Part shown: piece by piece, positions 46,735 to 56,610 of the stretch
Layout of the letters: every line of letters starts with the position of its first letter
Numbering within the stretch: position 1 is the stretch's first letter
Assembly (NCBI GenBank): GCA_963702425.1
Contig: CAVPCQ010000009.1
Coordinates: 15,943 to 79,942 of the forward strand
Length of the DNA stretch: 64,000 nt
DNA from: an uncultured Acidobacteriota bacterium
Lineage (GTDB): Bacteria > Acidobacteriota > Polarisedimenticolia > J045
Direction of reading: 5' to 3'
The notes under the pieces: model-generated
The model's input: the letters and a program-made list of their open reading frames with translations, nothing else
Told to the model about the DNA's origin: nothing
Databases searched by the model: none
Position numbers and translations under genes: made by a program

Positions 46735-48135
46735 GTGATGATCGAACGGAGACAGGTGATCGTGCTCGAGTCGGTGCGGCGCTTTCTGCGCCGTTCCGCC
46801 CACACGCACCTCGTCAACCTGCTCGCCAAGGTCCGTCCGCCCGACTTCGGGCCGATCTACGAGAAGCTCTCCGAGCGCGAGCGGGTCGCGCTCTTCCGGC
46901 TGCTGGCCACGCGCGACCCCGAGCTGGGGGCGGGATTCCTGGTCGAGCTGCCCCACGAGACCGGGCCCGACCTGCTGCGGCTGCTCGGCCCGGAGTCCGC
47001 AGCGCGCCTGCTCGAGAAGTGCGCCGAAGACGATGCCGCCGACCTGCTGGCGCGCCTCGACGACGAAGAGAGCCGCCAGGTCCTCGACGGGATGCGGCCG
47101 GAGGAGAAGGCCGGCGTCGAGAAGCTGCTGATCTACGCCGACGAGACCGCCGGGCGGATCATGACCCCGGACGTCTTCAGCCTCCACGAGGAGACGACGG
47201 TCGAGAAGGCGACCGCCGCGCTGCGCTCGCGCGAGAGCATCGAGATCGCGTTCTACCTCTACGTCGTCGACGACCGCAAGCACCTGGTCGGAGTGGTCTC
47301 GCTGCGCGAGCTGCTGCTCAATCCCGCCGACACGAAGCTGAAGGACATGATGAACGCCGACCTGATCACGGTCCGCACCGATGCGGACCAGGAAGAGGTC
47401 GCGCGGATCGCCTCGAAGTACGACCTGCTCGCGATCCCGGTCGTGGACGAGCAGGGGCGGCTGGCCGGCGCGGTGTCGATCGACGACGTGATCGACGTCC
47501 TGCGCGAGGAGGCGACGGAGGACATCCTCCGGATGGCCGGCACCTCGGAGGAAGAGCGGATCCAGCCGTCGATCGGCAAGTCGGTCCGGACCCGCGCTCC
47601 GTGGCTGGCGGCGACCTTCGTCGGCGGGCTCGCGGCGGCGGTGATCATCTACCGGCTGTCGGGGATCCTCGCCGGGTTCGTCGGGCTCGCGGCGTTCTTC
47701 CCGATCATCCTCGGGACCTCCGGTTCGGCCGGGAACCAGTCGGCGACGGTGATCATGCGCGGCCTGGCCACCGGCCGGATCCGCGAGGGGATGTACCTCG
47801 CGACGCTGACCCGCGAGGCCGGTGTCGGTGCGCTGCTCGGTCTCGCCTACGGGTTGCTGCTGGTGCTCGGCTCCTCGCTGATCGTCGGGAGCGCGGGGAT
47901 CTCGGCGCAGGGCGTGGGCGGCGTCGTCCGTGTCGCGATCGTGATCGGCCTGTCGCTCGCGCTCTCGATCGTCACCGCGACGATCCTCGGATCCGTCGTG
48001 CCGCTCGTGCTCCAGCGACTCAAGCTCGACCCGGCGACCTCGACCAACCCCCTGGTCACCTCGACCGTCGACGTCATGGCCTCGCTGATCTTCCTCGGTC
48101 TCGCGAGCCTCGCGCTCGCCGCCTACGCCCCGTGA
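46735..48135 (+). CDS. mgtE: magnesium transporter MgtE
   Basis: N domain, CBS pair, GSAGNQS, KLDPA...PLVTSTVD. Confidence 0.95.
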   Translation: MMIERRQVIVLESVRRFLRRSAHTHLVNLLAKVRPPDFGPIYEKLSERERVALFRLLATRDPELGAGFLVELPHETGPDLLRLLGPESAARLLEKCAEDDAADLLARLDDEESRQVLDGMRPEEKAGVEKLLIYADETAGRIMTPDVFSLHEETTVEKATAALRSRESIEIAFYLYVVDDRKHLVGVVSLRELLLNPADTKLKDMMNADLITVRTDADQEEVARIASKYDLLAIPVVDEQGRLAGAVSIDDVIDVLREEATEDILRMAGTSEEERIQPSIGKSVRTRAPWLAATFVGGLAAAVIIYRLSGILAGFVGLAAFFPIILGTSGSAGNQSATVIMRGLATGRIREGMYLATLTREAGVGALLGLAYGLLLVLGSSLIVGSAGISAQGVGGVVRVAIVIGLSLALSIVTATILGSVVPLVLQRLKLDPATSTNPLVTSTVDVMASLIFLGLASLALAAYAP

Positions 48136-48926
48136 GCCGGCACGCCGAGTCGGAAGCGATCGTGCTCGACTCGCGGCTCGCCGGGGAGGCGGACCGGCGC
48201 GTGCTGCTGCTCTGCGCCTCGGGGGAGTTGGTGCGCGGGGTGGCCCACTCGGCCGCGCGCTCGCGCAAGCGCTTCGGCAGCGCGCTGCAGCCGGGGGCGC
48301 GGGTGCAGGCGCGCTGGTCGGTGCGGCGCGAAGGGGCCGAGGCGGTCCTGGAGGAGGCGCACCTCGTCGCCTCGCCGCCGCCCGGCGACCCGCTCGAGCG
48401 GCTCTACGTCGCGGCCCACCTGCTGGAACTGGCCGGTGCCTTCGCGCGCGAGGGGGCCGAGGATCCGCGCCTCTACCGCCTGCTCTCGGCCTGCCTCGAC
48501 GCACTCGGCGGCGGAGCGCCGCCCGATCCGCTGGCGCGCTACGCCGAGGCCTGGACGCTGCGGCTCGCCGGACTGCTCGGCGATCTCGCGGCCTGCGACG
48601 AGTGCGGCGCCCCGCTCGCCGGCCGGCGCGCCCAGCTGGCGCCCGAGAGCGGGGCCTTCTGCGCCGCGCACGGCGTGCCGGGAGCCCGCACGCTCGGGCC
48701 GGGCGCGACCGCCTGGCTGGCCGCGACCATGCGCGTCGGCCCGTCCGCGCTGCCGGACCTGCCGGCGCCGGTCGAGCGCGAACTGGCGGGCGCGCTGCCG
48801 GCGCTCGTCGTCGCCTTCACCGGCCGGCCGCTCGTCGCCTGGCCGGCCCTCACCACGCTCCGCGCGGAGCGGCCGCGCGCGACCCGGCAGATCCCCGCCG
48901 CGCCCGCCGGGAAGGACAGCGCGTGA
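48132..48926 (+). CDS. recO: DNA repair protein RecO
   Basis: GEADRRV, SRKRFGSALQP, CDECG...FC; position between mgtE and glyQ. Confidence 0.9.
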   Translation: MSRHAESEAIVLDSRLAGEADRRVLLLCASGELVRGVAHSAARSRKRFGSALQPGARVQARWSVRREGAEAVLEEAHLVASPPPGDPLERLYVAAHLLELAGAFAREGAEDPRLYRLLSACLDALGGGAPPDPLARYAEAWTLRLAGLLGDLAACDECGAPLAGRRAQLAPESGAFCAAHGVPGARTLGPGATAWLAATMRVGPSALPDLPAPVERELAGALPALVVAFTGRPLVAWPALTTLRAERPRATRQIPAAPAGKDSA

Positions 48927-49846
48927 ACGATACCTTCAAGATGACGCTCCAGGAGATGTTCCTCGCGCTGTCCCGCTTTTGGGCCGAACGCGGCTGCATC
49001 GTGCACCAGCCGTTCGACAAGGAGGTCGGCGCCGGGACGATGCACATCGAGACCTTCTTCCGCAGCCTCGGACCCGCGCCGTGGCGGGTGGCGTACTGCC
49101 AGCCGTCGCGCCGGCCGGCCGACGGGCGCTACGCGCTGAACCCGATGCGCGTCTACGAGCACTTCCAGTACCAGGTGATCCTCAAGCCCTCGCCACCCGA
49201 CGTCCAGGACCTCTACCTCGACTCGCTCAAGGCGCTCGGGGTCGACCCCGAGGTCCACGACGTCCGCTTCGAGGAGGACAACTGGGAGTCGCCGACGCTC
49301 GGCGCCGCGGGAGTCGGCTGGCAGGTCACGATGGACGGGATGGAGATCTCGCAGTTCACCTACTTCCAGGTGATGGGCGGGGCCGAGCTCTCGCCGGTGC
49401 CGGTCGAGCTGACCTACGGGCTCGAGCGGATCTGCATGTTCGTCAATGACATCCGCGACATCTTCGACATCCCGTGGGCGCGCGCGCCGTGGGCCCCGGA
49501 CGGGGTCGTCCGCTACCGCGCGCTGCGCGAACGGGCCGAGCGCGAGCTGTCGGCCTACTCCTTCGAGGAAGCCGACGTGGAAGGGCACCGGAAGGCCTTC
49601 GACGTCGCCGAGCGCGAGGCGCAGCGCCTGCTCTCGCGAACGAAACCCGGTCCGGACGGAGAGGCCGTCCCGGCCGCCCTGCTGGTCCCGGCCTACGAGC
49701 GGGTGCTGGAGGCCTCGCACCTGTTCAACGTGCTCGGCGCGCGGGGCGCGCTGTCGGTCACCGAGCGGCAGGCGATGATCCAGCGCATCCGGCGCCTGGC
49801 GGTGCAGTGCGCGAAGACCTGGCTCGCCGCGGGGGAGGCCGCCTGA
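48923..49846 (+). CDS. glyQ: glycine--tRNA ligase alpha subunit
   Basis: EVGAGT, QPSRRPADGRY, EDNWESPTLGA, MEISQFTYFQ, ELTYGLERI. Confidence 0.97.
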   Translation: MNDTFKMTLQEMFLALSRFWAERGCIVHQPFDKEVGAGTMHIETFFRSLGPAPWRVAYCQPSRRPADGRYALNPMRVYEHFQYQVILKPSPPDVQDLYLDSLKALGVDPEVHDVRFEEDNWESPTLGAAGVGWQVTMDGMEISQFTYFQVMGGAELSPVPVELTYGLERICMFVNDIRDIFDIPWARAPWAPDGVVRYRALRERAERELSAYSFEEADVEGHRKAFDVAEREAQRLLSRTKPGPDGEAVPAALLVPAYERVLEASHLFNVLGARGALSVTERQAMIQRIRRLAVQCAKTWLAAGEAA

Positions 49847-51975
49847 TGCCGACCGCCGACTTGCTGATCGAGCTGGGCACGGAGGAGATCCCGGCCCGGA
49901 TGCTCCCCGCGGCGGCGGCCGATCTGGAGGCGCTCACGCTCGAGCTGCTCGACCGCGCCGGCCTGCCGCACGGCGCCGCGCGCCGCTACTGGACCCCGCG
50001 GCGCCTCGCGGTGCGCGTCGCGGACGTCGCCGGCGCAACCCCGGCGCGCGCGGAGCTGCTGCTCGGGCCACCGGCGGCCGCAGCCTGGGACCCGGCGGGC
50101 CGGCCGACGAAGGCACTCGAGGGGTTCGCGCGCAAGACCGGCCGGGACGCGGCGGCGTTCGCGCCGGTCGAGACGCCGAAGGGAAGCTACGCCGGGGCGA
50201 CCGTGACCGCGGGGGGCGAGCCGCTGGCCGCGGTGTTGGCCGCCGGCTTCGCGCCCGCGGTGGCACGGATGACCTTCGCCAAGATGATGCGCTGGGGCGA
50301 CGGTTCGGCGCGTTTCGTCCGCCCGGTCCACTGGATCCTCGCTCTGCTCGGCGACGAGATCCTCCCGCTCGAGCTGTTCGGGATCCGGTCCGGCCGGGCG
50401 TCGCGCGGACACCGCGTCCTGGGGCCGGGGCCGTTCGAGATTCCCGACGCCGCGGCATGGGAGGCGACGCTCGAACGTCACGGCGTCGTGGCCGACCCCG
50501 TCGCCCGCCGCGCGCGCCTCGAGCAGCAGCTGCACGCGCTGGCCGGCACGCAGGGGGGCGCGCTGGCCGAGGACGGCGGCCTGCTCGACGAGTCGGCCGA
50601 CATCGTCGAGTTCCCGGGCGCCCAGGTCGGGCGCTTCGAGCCGCACTTCGTGCGCGACCTCCCGGCCGAGGTGCTCGGCTCGTGCCTCAAGACGCACCAG
50701 AAAGGGTTCTGCGTCCGCGGAGCGGGCGGCCTGCTGCCGCTGTTCGCGGTCGCGGTCAACCGGCCCGACGACCCGGAGGGGCACGTCCGACGCGGCCACG
50801 AGTGGGTCGTTTCGGGCCGGCTCGAGGACGCGCTCTTTTTCTGGAACGAGGACCGGCGCCAGCCGCTCGCGGCGCGGGCCGCCAAGCTGGAAGGGATCGT
50901 CTTCCAGCGCGAGCTGGGGACCTACGCGGCGAAGACGCGGCGCCTCGCGCACCTGGTCCGGAGCCTCGCGGGGCCGGCCGGTCTCGACGCGGCGGGCAGC
51001 GCGGCGGTCGCGCGTGCCGCCGAGCTCTCGCGCTGCGACCTCCCGACCGGGCTGGTCGGCGAGTTCCCGGAACTGCAGGGGATCTGCGGCGGCCTGCTCG
51101 CGCGCGCCGACGGCGAGCCGGAAGCGGTCGCCGGCGCGATCTACGATCTCTACCTGCCGGCGGCTCCCGACGACCCGCTGCCGGCGACCGCCGGGGGCCG
51201 GGTCCTCGGCCTGGCCGACCGGCTGGACACGCTGGCCGGCGGTTTCGCCGCAGGCCTGGTGCCGAGCGGCAGCTCGGACCCGTTCGCGCTGCGGCGCGCC
51301 GGGATGGGCGCGATCCGCCTGGCGCTGGCGGAGCCGGCGATCGACCTCTCAGCCGCGGTGCGCGAGGCGGTGCTCGGCTACCGCGGCGGCGAGACCGGCC
51401 CCGACCTGACGGCCCGCGCGGACCAGACCGCGGCGACGCTCGTCGCGTTCCTGCTCGAGCGCTTCGGCGCGCTGGCCGAGCGCGACGGCGCGCGCTACGA
51501 CGAGATCGCGGCGGCGACGGTGCTGGTCGGCGGCACTCCCGGAACCCCGTTCCATCCGGCCGATCTGTGGCGGCGCCTCGCCGCGCTGCGGGTCTTCCGC
51601 GAGAGCGCGGACTTCCTGGCGCTGGCCGCCGCCGCGAAGCGGGTGCGCAATATCCTCGCCCAGGCCGACGAGCGCGGTGACGGCTACGCGGCCGGCGACG
51701 GGGAAGCGGCGCTCAAAGAGCCGGAGGAAGTGCGCCTCGCGGCGGCGATCGGCGCCGCGGAGCGCGAGCTCGCGGCGGCCGCGGCGGCCGGGGACTACGA
51801 GCGGGCGCTGGCGCACGTGGCGCAGCTGCGGCCCGACGTCGACCGGTTCTTCGACAGGATCCTGGTGATGGACCAGGACCCCGTGCTGCGCCGCGCCCGG
51901 CTGTCGCTGCTGGACCGCGTTGCGCGCGCGACGCACGGCGTAGTGGACATGGCGGAGCTGGTGGTCGCGGGATGA
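49846..51975 (+). CDS. glyS: glycine--tRNA ligase beta subunit
   Basis: ELGTEEIPA, TPRRL, MRWG, FVRPVHW, EFPELQG, SSDPFALRR. Confidence 0.96.
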   Translation: MPTADLLIELGTEEIPARMLPAAAADLEALTLELLDRAGLPHGAARRYWTPRRLAVRVADVAGATPARAELLLGPPAAAAWDPAGRPTKALEGFARKTGRDAAAFAPVETPKGSYAGATVTAGGEPLAAVLAAGFAPAVARMTFAKMMRWGDGSARFVRPVHWILALLGDEILPLELFGIRSGRASRGHRVLGPGPFEIPDAAAWEATLERHGVVADPVARRARLEQQLHALAGTQGGALAEDGGLLDESADIVEFPGAQVGRFEPHFVRDLPAEVLGSCLKTHQKGFCVRGAGGLLPLFAVAVNRPDDPEGHVRRGHEWVVSGRLEDALFFWNEDRRQPLAARAAKLEGIVFQRELGTYAAKTRRLAHLVRSLAGPAGLDAAGSAAVARAAELSRCDLPTGLVGEFPELQGICGGLLARADGEPEAVAGAIYDLYLPAAPDDPLPATAGGRVLGLADRLDTLAGGFAAGLVPSGSSDPFALRRAGMGAIRLALAEPAIDLSAAVREAVLGYRGGETGPDLTARADQTAATLVAFLLERFGALAERDGARYDEIAAATVLVGGTPGTPFHPADLWRRLAALRVFRESADFLALAAAAKRVRNILAQADERGDGYAAGDGEAALKEPEEVRLAAAIGAAERELAAAAAAGDYERALAHVAQLRPDVDRFFDRILVMDQDPVLRRARLSLLDRVARATHGVVDMAELVVAG

Positions 51976-52043
51976 TCCCGCGCCGCCGGCGCGCTCTCGG
52001 AACGAGGCAGAGCACGACGCACGACAACGCTGAAGGAGACGGC

Positions 52044-54758
52044 ATGAGCAGCAAGTGGGTCTACCGGTTCGGTGGAGGGTCCGCGGAAGGAAGCGCCGGG
52101 ATGAAGGAGCTGCTCGGCGGCAAGGGCGCGAACCTGGCCGAGATGGCCAGCCTGGGGCTCCCGGTTCCGCCGGGGTTCACGATCACGACCGAGCTGTGCA
52201 CCTGGTACTACGACCACGGCAAGAGCTATCCCGCGGAGCTGGCCGCCGAGGTGACGGCGGCGCTGGTCGAGGTCGAGCGCGAGACGGAGATGAGTTTCGG
52301 TGACCCCGGGAACCCGCTGCTGCTTTCGGTCCGCTCCGGCGCGCGCAGTTCGATGCCGGGAATGATGGAGACCGTACTGAACGTCGGCCTGACCTCGAAG
52401 ACGCTCCCGGGGCTCGTGAAGAAGTCGGGCAACGAGCGGTTCGTGCTCGACGCGTACCGCCGCCTGATCATGATGTACTCCGATGTCGTGATGGAGAAGG
52501 CCGCGGGGATCGAGCCGGCAGAGGGGCGGGGGATCCGGGTCCAGCTCGACAAGATGCTCTCCGAGCTGAAGAAGGCCAAGAACTACGCCTCCGACGCGGA
52601 GCTCGCGGTCGAGGACCTGCGGGACCTCGTCGAGCGCTTCAAGCTCCGGGTCCGGGAGGTTCTCGGCAAGGAGTTCCCCGACGACGCGATGGAACAGCTC
52701 TGGGGCGGAATCGGCGCGGTCTTCTCATCGTGGAACGGCAAGCGGGCGGTCTCCTACCGCCGGATCGAGGGGATCCCCGACCAGTGGGGCACCGCGGTCA
52801 ACGTCCAGGCGATGGTCTTCGGCAACATGGGCGACAGTTCCGCGACCGGCGTCGCATTCACGCGCAACCCGGCCACCGGCGAGAACAGGTTCTACGGCGA
52901 GTGGCTGGTCAACGCCCAGGGCGAGGACGTCGTCGCCGGGATCCGGACCCCGAACCCGCTGAACGAAGCGACCAAGAGCGACCACAACCGCCACCTGGCC
53001 TCCCTCGAGATGGCCATGGCGGCGACCTACCGTCAGCTCGACGAGATCCGGACCAAGCTCGAGCGACATTTCGCCGACATGCAGGACATCGAGTTCACGA
53101 TCCAGGACGGAAAGCTCTACATGCTGCAGTGCCGCTCGGGGAAGCGGACCGGGACCGCGGCGCTGAACATCGCGATGGAGATGCTGGCCGAGCAGCTGAT
53201 CGACGAGCAGGAGACAGTGCGCCGCGTCTCGCCGGCCCAGCTCGACGAGCTGCTCCACCCGGTCGTCGATCCGGCGGCCGAGAAGAGCGTGACGCCGCTC
53301 GCGTCGGGGCTGCCCGCGGGGCCGGGCGGCGCTGCCGGCCAGGTCGTCTTCACTGCCGACGATGCGGTCGCCTGGGCCAAGCAGGGCAAGGTCGTGATCC
53401 TCGCGCGCGAGGAGACCAACCCGGAAGACGTCGAGGGGATGCGGGCCGCGGAGGGGATCCTGACCGCCCGCGGCGGGATGACCAGCCACGCCGCGCTCGT
53501 CGCCCGCGGCTGGGGCAAGTGCTGCGTCGTCGGCTGCAGCGCGCTGCACGTCGACGCCCGCGCGAAGACGATCACCGTCGGCGGCACGACCCTCCGGGAA
53601 GGGGACTGGATCACGCTCAACGGGACCCGGGGGCGGGTCTACGCCGGCCGGCTGGGGATGATCAGCGCGGCGGAGAACCCGCGCTTCGTCGAGTTCATGA
53701 AGATCGTCGACCGCTACCGGACGCTGGGGGTGAGGACGAACGCGGATACGCCGGACGACGCACTCAAGGCGCGCGGCTTCGGCGCCGAGGGGATCGGGCT
53801 GTTCCGGACCGAGCACATGTTCTACGGCAAGCACTCGGAGAAGCCGCTGTTCGCGCTGCGCAAGATGATCGTCTCGCGCAGCGAGGCCGAGCGCCGCGCC
53901 GCCCTCGACGAGCTCTTCCCGTTCGTCAAGAAGGACATCAAGGACACCCTGGAGGTCATGGACGGCCTGCCGGTCACGGTCCGGTTGCTCGACCCGCCGC
54001 TGCACGAGTTCGTGCCGCACCGGGCCGAGGAGCGGGCGCGGCTCGCCGAGTCGCTCGGCATCACCAAGGAGGAGCTCGACAAGCGGGCCGAGGCGCTGCA
54101 CGAGACGAACCCGATGATGGGACACCGCGGCGTGCGCCTGGGTGTCACCTTCCCCGAGATCTCCGAGATGCAGGTCCGGGCGATCCTCGAGGCCGCCGCG
54201 GAGCTGGCGCAGGAGGGCAAGGCAGCGCATCCGGAGATCATGGTCCCGGTCGTCGGCCTCAAGGCGGAACTCGATCACCAGAAGGCGATCGTCGACCGGA
54301 TCCACCGCGAGGTCGCGGCGAAGTACGGCGTGCCGAAGATCGACTTCCTCTACGGGACGATGATCGAGGTCCCCCGCGCCGCGCTCACGGCCGACCAGAT
54401 CGCCGAGACGGCGGAGTTCTTCTCGTTCGGGACCAACGACCTGACGCAGATGACCTTCGCCTTCTCGCGCGACGACATCGGCGGCTTCGTGCCGGATTAC
54501 ATCGAGCGCAAGATCCTCCCCGCCGATCCGTTCCAGATCCTCGATCGGGAGGGCGTCGGCCAGCTCGTGACGATCGCGATCGAGCGGGGCCGCAAAGCCC
54601 GCCCGGGGCTGAAGATCGGGATCTGCGGCGAGCACGGCGGCGAACCCTCCTCCGTCACCTTCTGCCACCACGCGGGCATGAACTACGTGTCGTGCTCGCC
54701 CTACCGCGTCCCGATCGCCCGCCTCGCCGCCGCCCAGGCGGCGCTCGGCGCGCGCTGA
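52044..54758 (+). CDS. ppdK: pyruvate, phosphate dikinase
   Basis: LGGKGANLAEM, SMPGMM, GGMTSHAA, GIGLFRTEHMF, FSFGTNDLTQ, GICGEHGG. Confidence 0.98.
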   Translation: MSSKWVYRFGGGSAEGSAGMKELLGGKGANLAEMASLGLPVPPGFTITTELCTWYYDHGKSYPAELAAEVTAALVEVERETEMSFGDPGNPLLLSVRSGARSSMPGMMETVLNVGLTSKTLPGLVKKSGNERFVLDAYRRLIMMYSDVVMEKAAGIEPAEGRGIRVQLDKMLSELKKAKNYASDAELAVEDLRDLVERFKLRVREVLGKEFPDDAMEQLWGGIGAVFSSWNGKRAVSYRRIEGIPDQWGTAVNVQAMVFGNMGDSSATGVAFTRNPATGENRFYGEWLVNAQGEDVVAGIRTPNPLNEATKSDHNRHLASLEMAMAATYRQLDEIRTKLERHFADMQDIEFTIQDGKLYMLQCRSGKRTGTAALNIAMEMLAEQLIDEQETVRRVSPAQLDELLHPVVDPAAEKSVTPLASGLPAGPGGAAGQVVFTADDAVAWAKQGKVVILAREETNPEDVEGMRAAEGILTARGGMTSHAALVARGWGKCCVVGCSALHVDARAKTITVGGTTLREGDWITLNGTRGRVYAGRLGMISAAENPRFVEFMKIVDRYRTLGVRTNADTPDDALKARGFGAEGIGLFRTEHMFYGKHSEKPLFALRKMIVSRSEAERRAALDELFPFVKKDIKDTLEVMDGLPVTVRLLDPPLHEFVPHRAEERARLAESLGITKEELDKRAEALHETNPMMGHRGVRLGVTFPEISEMQVRAILEAAAELAQEGKAAHPEIMVPVVGLKAELDHQKAIVDRIHREVAAKYGVPKIDFLYGTMIEVPRAALTADQIAETAEFFSFGTNDLTQMTFAFSRDDIGGFVPDYIERKILPADPFQILDREGVGQLVTIAIERGRKARPGLKIGICGEHGGEPSSVTFCHHAGMNYVSCSPYRVPIARLAAAQAALGAR

Positions 54759-54777
54759 CGAAGAGACGACCTCCCCG

Positions 54778-56097
54778 ATGAAGAAGACCTTCGTACTCGA
54801 CACGAACGTCCTGCTCCACGACCCGAACAGCCCGTTCTCCTTCGCGGACAACGACGTCGTGATCCCGATCGCCGTGATCGAGGAGATCGACCGTTTCAAG
54901 AAGGAGATGACCGAGGTCGGGCGGAACGCGCGCGCGGTCAGCCGCACGCTCGACCGGCTGCGCGAGCAGGGGCACCTGACGGATGGGGTGCCGACGCCGG
55001 GTGGGGGGACGCTGCGGATCCACCTCGGCGTCCCGATTCCGCGCGACTTCCCGTTCATGGACGGCCGCGACGCGGCGGACATGCGGATCCTCGCGCTGGC
55101 CTGGGAGCTGTCGCGCAGCCACCCCCCGGTCCAGTTCATCACCAAGGACACGAATCTCCGGCTCAAGGCCGACGCCGTCGGGGTATACGCCGAAGACTAC
55201 GTCGAGCGCAGCATCGTGCCCGATACCGAGTGGCACGGCTGGCGCGAGGTGGCGGTTCCGCGCGAGGTGCTCGACCGGCTGTTCGCCGAGAAGAGCCTGC
55301 CGGCAGCCGATCTCGGGATCGACGACCCCGGGCCCAACGTCGGGCTTCTGCTGCGCGACCTCGGCGATCCGCAGCACACCGCGCTGGCACGGCGCCGGCC
55401 GCGCCAGCCGGTCGTGACGCCGATCGTCCTCCCCAAGTCGGTCTCGGGGATCAAGCCGCGGAACGTCGAGCAGAAGTTCGCGCTCGACCTGCTGCTCGAC
55501 AAGGAGGTCCCGCTGGTCACGCTGGTCGGCAAGGCCGGGACCGGCAAGACGCTGCTCGCGCTCGCGGCCGGCCTGATGCAGACGGTCGAGAAGCCGATCT
55601 ACCGGCGGCTGGTCGTCGCCCGGCCGATCTTCCCGATGGGCCGCGACCTCGGCTACCTGCCGGGCGACCTCGACGAGAAGCTCCGCCCCTGGATGCAGCC
55701 GATCTGGGACAACCTCGAGTTCCTGCTCGGCGAGTTCGACGCCGCAAGCGGGCCGGACGGCCACCCGATCGAGCAGCTGATCGACCGCGGGACGCTCGAG
55801 ATCGAGGCCCTGACGTACATCCGCGGCCGCTCCCTGCCGCGCCAGCTGATGATCGTCGACGAGGCCCAGAACCTGACTCCGCATGAGGTCAAGACGGTCA
55901 TCACGCGGGTCGGGGAGGATGCCAAGATCGTGCTCACGGGCGACCCCGCCCAGATCGACAACCCCTACGTGGACGCGTCGAGCAACGGGCTGTCCTACGC
56001 CTCGCAGCGGCTTCGGGGAGAGCCGCTGGCCGGCACGGTCGTGCTGACGCGCGGCGAGCGGTCGACGCTGGCCGAGATGGCGGCCGACCGGCTCTGA
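54778..56097 (+). CDS. PhoH2-type protein (PIN domain plus PhoH ATPase)
   Basis: FVLDTNVLLHDP, TKDTNLR, GKAGTGKT, LGYLPG, RGRS, DEAQN, GDPAQID. Confidence 0.94.
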   Translation: MKKTFVLDTNVLLHDPNSPFSFADNDVVIPIAVIEEIDRFKKEMTEVGRNARAVSRTLDRLREQGHLTDGVPTPGGGTLRIHLGVPIPRDFPFMDGRDAADMRILALAWELSRSHPPVQFITKDTNLRLKADAVGVYAEDYVERSIVPDTEWHGWREVAVPREVLDRLFAEKSLPAADLGIDDPGPNVGLLLRDLGDPQHTALARRRPRQPVVTPIVLPKSVSGIKPRNVEQKFALDLLLDKEVPLVTLVGKAGTGKTLLALAAGLMQTVEKPIYRRLVVARPIFPMGRDLGYLPGDLDEKLRPWMQPIWDNLEFLLGEFDAASGPDGHPIEQLIDRGTLEIEALTYIRGRSLPRQLMIVDEAQNLTPHEVKTVITRVGEDAKIVLTGDPAQIDNPYVDASSNGLSYASQRLRGEPLAGTVVLTRGERSTLAEMAADRL

Positions 56098-56116
56098 GCC
56101 GAAGGCTTACCCGGAG

Positions 56117-56145
56117 TTGACGCACCCCGGGGGCGCTGTTACCTT
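56117..56145 (+). promoter_or_regulatory. sigma70-type promoter TTGACG-N17-TACCTT with extended TG
   Basis: near-consensus -35 and -10 with 17-bp spacer upstream of the dksA-like gene. Confidence 0.6.
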
Positions 56146-56206
56146 ACCGAGCCTTTTTCCGGCCACGACCCGCTGCGCGCGGCGGGCCTCGGGTTGGGGG
56201 AGACGA

Positions 56207-56602
56207 ATGAGGAAGCGCGAGCGCGACAAGTTCCTGAAGCTGCTCGAGACGCGTCGGCAGACCCTTCTGGCCCGTTCGGCCCGCACTGCCGAAGAAGGTC
56301 GAGAAGTCGTGCCCGAGGGGGGCGAGGACTACGTCGACGACGCCGTGACCCACTACACGCGGGAGTTCCTGCTCTCGCTCTCCGACCTCGAGCGGCGCCA
56401 AGTGCTGCAGGTCGAGGAGGCGATCGTCCGGGTCAGGGAAGGGACCTTCGGCGACTGCATGTCCTGCGGGGACGAGATCGAGCCCAAGCGGCTCGAGGCG
56501 GTCCCCTGGGCCCGCTACTGCGTCTCGTGCCAGGAGATCGCCGAGAAGGAAGAGCTGGCCGAGCGCTACCACGTGCGGGACATCTCCGAGGAAGAAGAGT
56601 AG
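56207..56602 (+). CDS. DksA/TraR family C4 zinc-finger protein
   Basis: DYVDDA (DxxDxA), CMSCG.EI...RLEAVPWARYCVSC. Confidence 0.92.
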   Translation: MRKRERDKFLKLLETRRQTLLARSARTAEEGREVVPEGGEDYVDDAVTHYTREFLLSLSDLERRQVLQVEEAIVRVREGTFGDCMSCGDEIEPKRLEAVPWARYCVSCQEIAEKEELAERYHVRDISEEEE

Positions 56603-56610
56603 GCACGGCC

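Noticed and set aside
54778-56097. PIN-domain toxin or defence system
   Set aside because: standard PhoH2 architecture in housekeeping context with no antitoxin gene
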